Shown piece after piece: positions 1 through 9,268 of a stretch of 64,000 bases of DNA. Under the pieces are notes generated by a model. It was not told the DNA's origin. It made no database searches and saw only the letters and a list, made by a program, of their open reading frames with translations. The translations under genes and the position numbers were made by a program. Each line of letters starts with the position of its first letter. Position 1 is the stretch's first letter. Location of the stretch: positions 124,001 through 188,000 of IMG/VR virus record IMGVR_UViG_3300001782_000005; one strand, given 5' to 3'.

Positions 1-97
1 CACCACTTACATCGTGAAACTCAGTGACAAAATCTTCATAGGATAACTCTTTTAACCGCAGTTTATTCTTCCAAACTGCAGCATAATTTATTGCCAT
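1..97 (-). CDS. Hypothetical protein, runs off the window edge (MAINYAAVWKNK...)
   Basis: ATG at 97 with GAGGT RBS and an upstream GAACAAA motif; frame open to position 1; not in the ORF track. Confidence 0.6.
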   Translation of the reverse strand, partial: MAINYAAVWKNKLRLKELSYEDFVTEFHDVSG

Positions 98-164
98 AAA
101 TACCTCAATTCACGATAGTAACATTTTTAATTTGTTCTTAAAGAAACAAAAAAAAGAGTAGTTC

Positions 165-190
165 AAAAAATAAGGGGACAGTGCCCCTTA
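165..190 (-). terminator. Intrinsic terminator for minus-strand transcription
   Basis: TAAGGGG/CCCCTTA stem (171-190) with an A-tract on its left, i.e. a U-tract on the minus strand. Confidence 0.6.
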
Positions 191-517
191 CTTCACTTCG
201 AATCTAATTCTGAGCTAAAACGAACTAGCTGCCCACACAATAAACTTTGATGCCTTAATTGTGCAGAAGCCAATGATAATGATGGTCCATGAGATAACAC
301 CACCCATTATCATGAGTTCAGACAGGAATCCCATCCAATCTCCAAACTTTTCAGACTTAGTTGCTTCTTTCACTTCTATCCTCCTTGAGAATTATCTTAG
401 TATATGCCAGCCGCTCGCCCCATGAACACTCCGATAATGAAAGGCCAGAATATTACAAGAGCGATAACTAGGGATATACTAATGGCAAGAACTGTTGAAA
501 GAACAATCTCTTTGAAT

Positions 518-895
518 TTACTCATCTCTTCCATCTCGATCCTCCTTGAGGATTGGAATCTCATCACCATCAGCCAAAATTTCCAATAGACGACCTAATA
601 CCACATGGTCAAGACCTTCAATAGGAGTATGGATTACTTGAACATCATCTGGAAGTTCAGCTGCACGAGTATGAGGAAGAATTGCTTCCAGGACACTTAT
701 GTGAGTTTCCATCGACTCTAATAGGTTATCTCGTATTGGATGCCTTGATCTACTAGACTCGATAAGGTCTTTAGCATTCTTTACTTCCTCAATTTTATAC
801 TCAAGAGTTGCTGTTAGATCCATAAGCACCTCCTGCGAGAGTTTTCTCTCTTTCTCTTTCAAGGTAAGCATTACGACAGTAATTTGAACACTCAA
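518..895 (-). CDS. Hypothetical protein (true start probably downstream, at MDLTAT)
   Basis: ORF in minus-strand operon; GGAGG RBS before the internal Met. Confidence 0.55.
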   Translation of the reverse strand: MSVQITVVMLTLKEKERKLSQEVLMDLTATLEYKIEEVKNAKDLIESSRSRHPIRDNLLESMETHISVLEAILPHTRAAELPDDVQVIHTPIEGLDHVVLGRLLEILADGDEIPILKEDRDGRDE

Positions 896-1088
896 TATCA
901 GTGGGTTGAAGTTCGCCCTCTACGAAATTAAACCTCTGAGGACAAGTAACTTCAACTCCTTCAAAATAGACCTCTATAAACTTAACTCCGCAGTGACTAC
1001 AATTTCCATTTACATACTTTAATGCTTTCCTAACTCTCTCGATATGACCACACACTAAACAAATCACATAATTAACTTTAATTTCCAT
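801..1088 (-). CDS. Small Zn-ribbon protein
   Basis: CLVC...CSHC; AAGGAGG RBS; first gene after the 14-bp motif. Confidence 0.6.
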   Translation of the reverse strand: MEIKVNYVICLVCGHIERVRKALKYVNGNCSHCGVKFIEVYFEGVEVTCPQRFNFVEGELQPTDIECSNYCRNAYLEREREKTLAGGAYGSNSNS

Positions 1089-1135
1089 TGGTATTATCCT
1101 CCTTTAAAAAGTTTACAAACACAGCCCTATCATTG

Positions 1136-1149
1136 ATTAATATATATAG
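1136..1149 (-). promoter_or_regulatory. Conserved putative early promoter CTATATATATTAAT (copy 1)
   Basis: Exact 14-mer seen five times, always intergenic and upstream of minus-strand genes. Confidence 0.75.
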
Positions 1150-1200
1150 TTTTAGATCGTTATAAGTAGACAAAAAAATAAGCGGCAAAATTAAGCCCGC

Positions 1201-1452
1201 TCATCCTCTATATTTTACATCTTTACGCCAAGTATTTAAATCTGATGTACACCCAGCACCAACATAGATCATTCTTGCAAATGCTCTCTTCTCCCTAGCC
1301 TGTTTACACCAATAACGACCAGCCTCTTCATCCCACATAAGTTTATTACAACGCATATCTTCATCAACCCAATTATGAAAAAGAGCAGCAAAACATGGAA
1401 TTTTAAGGCAGCAATAACCACAACCAACACATGGTTGATAATTTTCATTCAT
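1201..1452 (-). CDS. CxxCxxCC (YkgJ-like) Cys-cluster protein
   Basis: PCVGCGYCC...C...C pattern. Confidence 0.6.
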   Translation of the reverse strand: MNENYQPCVGCGYCCLKIPCFAALFHNWVDEDMRCNKLMWDEEAGRYWCKQAREKRAFARMIYVGAGCTSDLNTWRKDVKYRG

Positions 1453-1476
1453 TAATTAATCTCCTGGAAAAAAATA

Positions 1477-1542
1477 AGGCAGCAACCAAGCAGGGGCATG
1501 GCGGTACCCAAAAAGGGTAACACTTCAACTCAGTTGCTGCCT
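1477..1542 (-). other. Intergenic branched stem-loop element A
   Basis: AGGCAGCAAC (1477-1486) / GTTGCTGCCT (1533-1542) enclosing a TACCC/GGGTA hairpin. Confidence 0.55.
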
Positions 1543-1800
1543 AATTTATTATCTGTGACAAATCGAAGTCCTAGTTCTAGGACCTCTTCTTCTTTTTCTT
1601 TTCTTCTTAAGTCTAATACCGGCCTCACTAGCAAGATCTGGATTTTCTCCCACTATTCTGTAGACTTCCGACCTATCCATGCCCAATTCGCTCGCTGCCC
1701 CCAGTGGCCCGAGTTTAGCCACTAATTGACAAACTCTTTGCGCCCTTATAATTCGAAAATCCTTGGGTTCTTGCATGAGCATTCTCCCAGAAAAAATAAA

Positions 1801-1866
1801 GCAACAACCAGGAGAGGGGGAGGGTTTTTGGACTCATTAAAAACCCTTAACTGTCCCGGTTGTTGC
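1801..1866 (-). other. Intergenic branched stem-loop element B
   Basis: GCAACAACC/GGTTGTTGC outer stem and AGGGTTTTT/AAAAACCCT inner stem; flank resembles element A. Confidence 0.6.
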
Positions 1867-2437
1867 CAATTAGTTAATTTCTGAATTTGATCTCCTTTTC
1901 TTTATGGCCATTCTCAATGGTTTGATCTCCCCCCATAGGGCAACCACACAGTAACCTGTAAAAATTCCAAGGTAATCATGAGCAATATCCATCATATCGA
2001 ATTTACCAACTCCAAGATTGAATTGAATCACCTCAGTTACAAATGGAGCTGCAAGAAGAATGGTAATAAAAAACCAATCTTCGAGAGACCAGATTAAAAT
2101 TGAAACAACAGCGAATATAATCGTGTGATATGCATATGCCTGCGGCACACGACCACCTCCTTTCAAATATATCTACAACACCTCCTTATCTACGATACCA
2201 CGGTATATATTTCCCACCATCCACATTATCTATCCTAACAACATGGCGATAAGGAAATATAACCGTTGGCCTTATCCTTGGATTTCGGTTGGCAGGATTA
2301 TCGACGTTAGAAAGTACTAGACCTTGTTCTCCATAATATGCCTTATCCGCAGTAACTCTTCGAATCTCCTTACCATCCCAATAAGTCACAACAACAGCCA
2401 AGGATAATACCGCTAGAAATGCCATTAATTTCTTCAC

Positions 2438-3181
2438 TTAGTCACCTCCTCTCTTAATTATTGTTGAAGATGAAGAAGATGATCCATCTTGAGTTCCTCT
2501 ACCCGGGTCCGTTGTTGTCGTACCAGTACCTCGACCAGAATCTGGAGGTATAGTACTACCAGGCGGAAGGGTTGAACCAGGATCTTTAGGAATTACTGTT
2601 TCTAATATTTTAGGGTCAATAGATGACTCCTCATCTTCACCTGTTGTAACATCAAAAGGGCACTTTATTTCAAAACAATGAAGTTTTCCATCTATCTCGT
2701 AACAACGCCAGCATGTGGGTCCCTCATCGTCATCGTCACCCATGCTTGTCCCTTGATCATTTATCCCAAGACCACTATAGTCATAAGTCTCAGGTTTTTT
2801 CTCCCCTCCCTTCATCATAGCAGTTATGACACCATTAGGACTTGAATAAACAACAAAAGTTCTACTTACTTTCGGAGTGAAACCAAATTTATAACGATAG
2901 ACGTCAGCTTTTTTCACTTCCGAGGGAAGACGAGAACCTCTTATACCATCACCAAAGCGATACTCTGGTGCATTATCCGGATTATAATCTGGAGCAGGCA
3001 TAAGGATAATCATAATTTCATCCTTATCAGCAGGAGAAATATCATGGTCTCTTACGGTCTTTCGACTATTATCCAGAGGTTCAGTCTCTTTACTAATAAG
3101 ATCGCCCTTAGTCATAGCAATAGCTATACCTACACTTAAAGCGAGAAAGACTGCCAAAAGCAGTATTGTTAATTTCTTCAT
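2438..3181 (-). CDS. Secreted/periplasmic hypothetical protein
   Basis: N-terminal signal peptide; Pro/Ser/Thr/Gly-rich tail; GGAGG RBS. Confidence 0.6.
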   Translation of the reverse strand: MKKLTILLLAVFLALSVGIAIAMTKGDLISKETEPLDNSRKTVRDHDISPADKDEIMIILMPAPDYNPDNAPEYRFGDGIRGSRLPSEVKKADVYRYKFGFTPKVSRTFVVYSSPNGVITAMMKGGEKKPETYDYSGLGINDQGTSMGDDDDEGPTCWRCYEIDGKLHCFEIKCPFDVTTGEDEESSIDPKILETVIPKDPGSTLPPGSTIPPDSGRGTGTTTTDPGRGTQDGSSSSSSTIIKRGGD

Positions 3182-3189
3182 AACACCTC

Positions 3190-3435
3190 CTATAAATCGG
3201 GCGGTTTTCCAATGCCTGGAAAATTAAAATTACCGCTTCTAACGGCTCTTTGATCTGCTTCAAGAGCTTCTTTAAATTTTGGATGTTTCCTTTCCTTCTC
3301 GTCACAATCCATACATAAAGTATCTTCGTTAAAATACGACATAGTAGTTATGCCAGTACCTTTTCCACACCGGTCACATTTAGTCATCACCACTCCTCTT
3401 ATCAAGAAACATATTAACTGATAAAGTAGCATCAC
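3190..3435 (-). CDS. Small Zn-finger phage protein (start probably MTKCDRC)
   Basis: CDRC...CMDC. Confidence 0.55.
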   Translation of the reverse strand: MMLLYQLICFLIRGVVMTKCDRCGKGTGITTMSYFNEDTLCMDCDEKERKHPKFKEALEADQRAVRSGNFNFPGIGKPPDL

Positions 3436-4152
3436 GAACAGTTTTAACTAGTTCATCTTCATCTCGACCATAGAAGATAACAATCTCCAACCAGTCAAAA
3501 CCCAGATCCTTACCTTTAATAAAAATAGGCATCCCCTCTTTAAGTCTTTTAACATTCTCCTCAGAGATTCCGAGACCTACTAAAGTACTCTTTTCTCCTA
3601 TTGAAGTAAATTTAATCAATATACTCCTCCTTATCCCAGTTATGACTGTCATACATATAACAACGTTTATCTTGATACCACTTCTTCCAAGGTTCAGTAT
3701 AGATTTTACACTTTAACTTTCCCCTTACCTCTCTCATGTATGGACATCTTCTGGGACCCAATTTAGGACATTTCTCGGCAACGGTATGTAGAGTATAGGT
3801 TGTTTCTTCATGCCTCTTTTCTTCAGGATCAATATCTGGTACGGATTTCCCAAATTTCTTAGTCTTTCTTGCCAAAATTATCCCCCTACCATTTAGCACC
3901 AAATAAAGGACCAAGCGACCAAATAAAAAGAAAAAAGAGGGCAGTTAGAATTAATGCTTCAATCGCTTTTCTTTTTAGTGATTTCATACTGCCCTCTCTC
4001 CTTTTCTATATCTCACAATTAAATCAACAGCTTCATCTGTAGTAAATCCAGCTAATCGTAAGATATCATACTGTGCTTTGGTCAAAACAGTCATACAAGC
4101 AGGTATCCAGTCGAGGGTCTTTCTCTTTTTACTAGTTTTCACTTTACCCTCC

Positions 4153-4761
4153 TTACTGAATCTCCTTGACTTTATCAACTCCAGTAGGTTTATCTTTCTT
4201 CGGTTTATCTTTTTCAGGAGTTTGGGTATCCCCCAGATTAGGAGCTTGAACTCCAACCGAATCGGCATCACCTACTCCAGCACCAGGTTCTTGTACTGGT
4301 CCAACTCCACCTTTTTCAAGAATATCCTTAACCTGTGGAGGATATTGAGGACCAGGAGTATCCGGTTTATTTGTATCAACTTGAGCAAGAAGCAAAGAAC
4401 TTTCTTGCCAAATCAACTGAATATGCCTATCTTCGGAAACAGACATAAGTAAACGATTTGTACTTACATCTCGGACAATAACTTCCCTTGGATAATATGC
4501 CCAAGATAGATCTTGAGCAAAATTTAACCTTTGCTGATTATTAAGGTTATGATATTGCTCACCAACAAAAACATCCACTCTTTCATCCCTAAGAAGAGTA
4601 TCTCTAATAAGGTAACGATAGGGTTCAAGTCTTTCCTCAATTGTCATAGTATCTGGACTCTTATGAGCACAACCGGGTAAAAAGAAAACCACAAAGGCCA
4701 AAACCAAAACAATTGAAAGAAGCAATAACTCAAAAAATGATGTTTCATTTTTATATGACAT
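4153..4761 (-). CDS. Putative lipoprotein
   Basis: Hydrophobic N-terminus ending in lipobox-like LPGC. Confidence 0.55.
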   Translation of the reverse strand: MSYKNETSFFELLLLSIVLVLAFVVFFLPGCAHKSPDTMTIEERLEPYRYLIRDTLLRDERVDVFVGEQYHNLNNQQRLNFAQDLSWAYYPREVIVRDVSTNRLLMSVSEDRHIQLIWQESSLLLAQVDTNKPDTPGPQYPPQVKDILEKGGVGPVQEPGAGVGDADSVGVQAPNLGDTQTPEKDKPKKDKPTGVDKVKEIQ

Positions 4762-5054
4762 TCTTCCCTCCTTCTCTATAATCTAAGGAGGGCCTCATAT
4801 CTACAAAATCTTCGACCATCCTTAGTTATCACATCTACTAATGCAATTTTTACACCAAGAGGAACAATTTTCTTTGTAAGAAATTTTGCTCTTTCCTTCC
4901 ATTCTTTAGACCAACTTTCCACTTGTGTAGCAATTATATCAATCTGCTTACTAATGGGGTCGTTAGCATCAGCTTCAGCAATAAAAACAGTATTTAGATC
5001 CGAAAATTGATTAACCAATAGAGCGGGAATTTCCCTATGAAAAGAACCCATAAT

Positions 5055-5549
5055 CTATCTTTCTTCCTCCTTAAATCTCGCACCAAAACCTAAACCCATG
5101 TCCTCAATTTTTACACTCACATAATCAGGTTTGACACTTGTAAAATAGGTCACTAACCTCTCCTCTCCTGGTGCAATAGAACACGGATAGACTCCAGTTT
5201 GAGTTACTTGGCCTCCCTCGGTAATCTTAGAGTGAATAAATCCAGTAAAAACTTTTTCATCCCGATTGAGAACAGAAAAATAAACCTTATACCAATTTTC
5301 CCGAATCTCTTTCACAATGGCCGTACCCATAGTTAAGTTCATCGGCCTCACAGATTCAGTAACAGGTTTAGAAATTTTAACAATTGGAACCACTTTTGGT
5401 TCAGGTTTAACCTTCATCCACTTGATAAGATTATTCGCCACAGATATGGCTAAAAGGACAGCTAGTATATAGAGAAGAATCTCAATACTAGATAAATCCT
5501 TATCCAAGTCGTCAGAATAATATTTTCTATATCTTGGTCTTGCCCCCAT
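5055..5549 (-). CDS. Single-pass membrane protein
   Basis: Start reassigned to ATG 5549 (GAGGAG RBS); one TM helix. Confidence 0.55.
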   Translation of the reverse strand: MGARPRYRKYYSDDLDKDLSSIEILLYILAVLLAISVANNLIKWMKVKPEPKVVPIVKISKPVTESVRPMNLTMGTAIVKEIRENWYKVYFSVLNRDEKVFTGFIHSKITEGGQVTQTGVYPCSIAPGEERLVTYFTSVKPDYVSVKIEDMGLGFGARFKEEER

Positions 5550-5571
5550 TTTTAACTCCTCTAAAAAAGAA

Positions 5572-5641
5572 CCCGCCGACAGGAAAAAGTAAGTGGGGGG
5601 CGCACATCCCCACTTACACAAGGAGAGATCCCGCCGGCGGG
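5572..5641 (-). other. Intergenic branched stem-loop element C
   Basis: CCCGCCG/CGGCGGG outer stem extended by G-U pairs on the minus strand; inner 10-bp GTAAGTGGGG/CCCCACTTAC. Confidence 0.6.
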
Positions 5642-5647
5642 AATTGG

Positions 5648-6295
5648 TTATTCTAACGGATCCCCATCAAGTTCATCCATGGGGATAGGAGCATAACGCC
5701 AGTCTGTATTCTGAGAAATGGTCACAATGGGAGCTTTCAGGAGATAAACTTCATTGTTGATCCGAAATCTCAAATTACCACCAGCTTTAAATGCTTCTAT
5801 ATCGTCCTCCGACACCTCCCCAGTAAAGAAATAAAGCGGTCTTCCTCCTGGAGAAAATAATCTAATATCAACCTGCTTACTGAGAACTATTGGCATCTCA
5901 TCTGGAGGCATTATCTGCTCAGAAGAAACACCATAATCTTCCTCTTCAGCTGCTAATATCGCAAAACGATATGGAATAGGTTTCACAATGATAATCGGAG
6001 CATCAATTAACCCCTTCATTGCGGACGCACCGCCATACCTGAGGTCATCTCCATATACAAAAGCTAGCTCATCTTCTCCTGTGATCCATGCTTTTGTATT
6101 CGGTCGGTAAAATATACGACCATGCTCAGTTATAGCCCAGACCTCATAGAAACGGATACGAGGATAATAAATTGTATCAACTGCTTCCGCCTCATCTCCA
6201 CCATCATTGGCAGATGCACCTCCAGTGCAGCCATAAGTGAAGCATAAAGCTACCACCAACAACAGTAAAGCGATAATCTTAGGTATTTGTTTCAT
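5648..6295 (-). CDS. Putative lipoprotein
   Basis: Start at ATG 6295 with AAGGAG RBS; signal peptide ending YGC. Confidence 0.6.
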   Translation of the reverse strand: MKQIPKIIALLLLVVALCFTYGCTGGASANDGGDEAEAVDTIYYPRIRFYEVWAITEHGRIFYRPNTKAWITGEDELAFVYGDDLRYGGASAMKGLIDAPIIIVKPIPYRFAILAAEEEDYGVSSEQIMPPDEMPIVLSKQVDIRLFSPGGRPLYFFTGEVSEDDIEAFKAGGNLRFRINNEVYLLKAPIVTISQNTDWRYAPIPMDELDGDPLE

Positions 6296-6560
6296 AATGC
6301 TACTCCTTACTTTAGTATAGTTTGGTAATTTAGCTCGTCGGAGAGCCTCCGGGGATGAAGATGAATCTATCATCCCAAGCTACCTGCATTTTTAATGGGC
6401 CAAGTCATCCGATACCATTTTCCCACAAGTGCGCTCGCCTCAGAACGAGGTAGATAGAATATCTATATGAGATATCTTGCAATTAGCACAATACTTCTTC
6501 TCAACATCAACCGGGTGGTAACTTGTCTTATTACAAATTAGACACTTGATAGCTAAAGTA

Positions 6561-6755
6561 TCACCCTTCTTGATTATTTCGTAAGTTTTTTCTTTCATAT
6601 ATATTAACCTCTTCATAGAGATCACGTAATTGAGATTTGATTCCAGCAACCACAGCTTGCTGAAGAATTAGTCTATCTTCCTCAACCTTCAATGACTTTT
6701 CAAACTTTTTTATCTGTTCTTTAGTTACTTTATACTGAGTATCATTCTCAATCAT
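6561..6755 (-). CDS. Short helical protein resembling the N-terminal domain of XRE/HigA-like regulators, without an HTH
   Basis: MIENDTQYKVTKEQI...SQLRDL..EV..YE pattern (recalled family). Confidence 0.45.
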   Translation of the reverse strand: MIENDTQYKVTKEQIKKFEKSLKVEEDRLILQQAVVAGIKSQLRDLYEEVNIYERKNLRNNQEG

Positions 6756-6766
6756 TGACTCCCTCT

Positions 6767-7171
6767 CTAAGGTTTTATCACACCATCAGGTGGAGCAACT
6801 CCCCACCTAATATAATGAACTAATGAGCGACAATTTGTTGTTACCTTCTCAAATGCTTGACCACCCCCATAACAATTGACAGAAAACTCAAAGTTTCCCC
6901 TTTTCTCCTCTTTCTTAACGACATAACCAACTGTAACAGAATTTTCAGGCGGTCGGTACGTCTGAATAGTGTCTTCAGTGATCACCTGGATACTAGTAGA
7001 ACTATAATTAGTTATCCAGTTTATGCCTCTATTCCAGGCAGCATCTGCTTTCCTCTTTGGAATTTCAAATACAAAAGGCTCTTGTGCAATAGTATCAATA
7101 TAATTCTGCCTCTCAGGACTCATCACACACCCAACTAGAAATATGATCATAATTGAAAGAATCTTCTTCAT
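6767..7171 (-). CDS. Putative lipoprotein
   Basis: MKK-hydrophobic-LVGC lipobox. Confidence 0.65.
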   Translation of the reverse strand: MKKILSIMIIFLVGCVMSPERQNYIDTIAQEPFVFEIPKRKADAAWNRGINWITNYSSTSIQVITEDTIQTYRPPENSVTVGYVVKKEEKRGNFEFSVNCYGGGQAFEKVTTNCRSLVHYIRWGVAPPDGVIKP

Positions 7172-8077
7172 AGTAATTTTATCCTCCTTTCAAATTAACT
7201 TTTTCTACAGTCACCTCCTAAAAATTAATATTAAAGATATAGTAATTGAGAGTATACAAAACCACATACTTCCAGCGAAGAAATATAAAAGATCAGTACC
7301 ATTCTCAGCCAGATCACTCCACGTCCAATCTTTTACAGGATGATCTTCAGGTAATATAGGTTTTGACGCTCTTGCAATTAACCATGGAAATAAGATAAAT
7401 ATCTTCTTCAACCATAATTCCATGAGTCTATCCTTGCTCAAGATCTTCTGTTCCAATAGGTTCAAGTCTTCCAACTCCTGCTTGAGAGACCCTTTTACAA
7501 TCAAAACAAATGAAGAAAATCGGGAAAGTTCCAGAAGGATTAGCATATTTCTCTATCAGCAAATACACATATTTATCACATTCATAACACCTTGAAGAAT
7601 CTGATTTTTGGAGTACATATTCTGGCGGTCTCACGGTATATCTCCTTTTAAATTAATTACATCTCCTTTCAAGTTGATACCAATACTAGCAAGATCTCTT
7701 TTAAGAAGTCCAAACACTTGAGGTATATTTTTAACAATCGCATAAAGTGACATATAAATATGCTCAGGTTGCATACGAGAAGCTATTGCGTATTGTTTTT
7801 CATGCTCACAGATAAGTAAGGTATTTAAACCATATTCCTCATATAAAAAATCACAGGTTCCTGTAATCATTGGATTATACTTCTCAACAAAATCTTCAGT
7901 GCCAGCTCCTATCTTCTTAACAATCACATAGTGATCTTTTAACTCAGCGGCCAAATCTCTAGCTGCTTCAATTTCTTCACGAACTGACTCAACATATGGA
8001 TTCTCAGCTAATTCCATAAGCATATTAACCAGTTCATAAAATTTATTCATATATTCCACAAGTTACCTCCATAAGAA

Positions 8078-8203
8078 ATCGCTCGGGATCGTGGTCTCCA
8101 ATACCACAGTTACCACTACTCGTTGTTTCTTGGGATAATTTAGTGTTCTGAAGCGGCCACCCTCCCTTCTCCAGAATTTTAGGATTATTCGATCCCGAGC
8201 GAT
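8078..8203 (-). other. Intergenic structured element with a perfect 14-bp closing inverted repeat
   Basis: ATCGCTCGGGATCG (8078-8091) / CGATCCCGAGCGAT (8190-8203), with internal hairpins. Confidence 0.65.
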
Positions 8204-8208
8204 ATTTG

Positions 8209-8544
8209 TTAAAGATACCTCTTTGTCGGAACTCTGAGGGTCTTTATCGTTGAAGGTTTCTTCAAAATACCAACATCGCCCATCTGATATTCAACCCACT
8301 TCTCCTCACCACACGGACGCCAATACTTATACTCAGTAATGCTATGGGTGACAGTTTTTCCATCTGCCTGAGTAACTTTACTCTCTTTTACCTCCATCTT
8401 AAATTCAATACAAGTCCCATCGTCAATCTGAACGCTCAGCACATTTCCTTGACCCTTAATTACAACATCTTGAGCAAATGATACTCCAGAGATTATAAAA
8501 AAGAGTAAGAATAAAAACAGTAACATCCTCCGCAAGTTAATCAC
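8209..8544 (-). CDS. Secreted small beta-rich protein
   Basis: Signal peptide (SFA-Q); AAGGAGG RBS. Confidence 0.55.
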   Translation of the reverse strand: MINLRRMLLFLFLLFFIISGVSFAQDVVIKGQGNVLSVQIDDGTCIEFKMEVKESKVTQADGKTVTHSITEYKYWRPCGEEKWVEYQMGDVGILKKPSTIKTLRVPTKRYL

Positions 8545-9268
8545 CTCCTTTCATCATAACGTACCTTGCTCATAACTAGGCTCTATCAGGTAATATATTT
8601 AGGTGAGAGTGGAAGTAGTTCTGTCCCACTTCAAAGGTTGGATAAGATTAATAGCAGTTGTAATTCTGAGTTCCTCAACCCAGATGTAACAATCATCCAT
8701 ATCTCCCTCGAAACCAAATCTACTTATAATTTCATTTATCACCGCTTTACTAGGTAAAGATTTTGAATCTCCGAGAGATATGGAGATATGTCTACACAGA
8801 CCAATTGCCTGATCCTCTATTGAATAGACAACTCGAAATCCTCTTGGAATACTACAAACGTAGCGTCTGTCATCTCCAATTGGTCTTATATTCTCTGCTT
8901 CCATTGCTTCCAATGTAGCATGAGAAATAATATTTTCTTCAGCAAATTTAATAATTCTTGCTATATTTTTCTCGACTGTTTTATCAATGTATATTCTTCT
9001 CCCACTAGCTCCGTGCCTTTTTCTTATATTCGTTAATGTTGCCATTATATTTCCGTCCCGGTTCAATTGGTTTCGGTATAATATAATCATATGGGTGAGG
9101 TTTTCTAGCTCTCTTCTCCAAAAATTGTTTACGAGTCTCGTCTAATTCGCTATCATTTCTTCCCAACCGTTTACAGTAGAGATACCCGACAACAATAGAA
9201 GAAATAAGAGCAAATGCTAAAAGAGCAAGAAAACTCATTGCAATATCAAAAATACCCATAATCTCTCC

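Noticed and set aside
6324-6440. tRNA or hammerhead ribozyme
   Set aside because: No T-loop GTTC or cloverleaf, and no CUGANGA/GAAA core in the right positions
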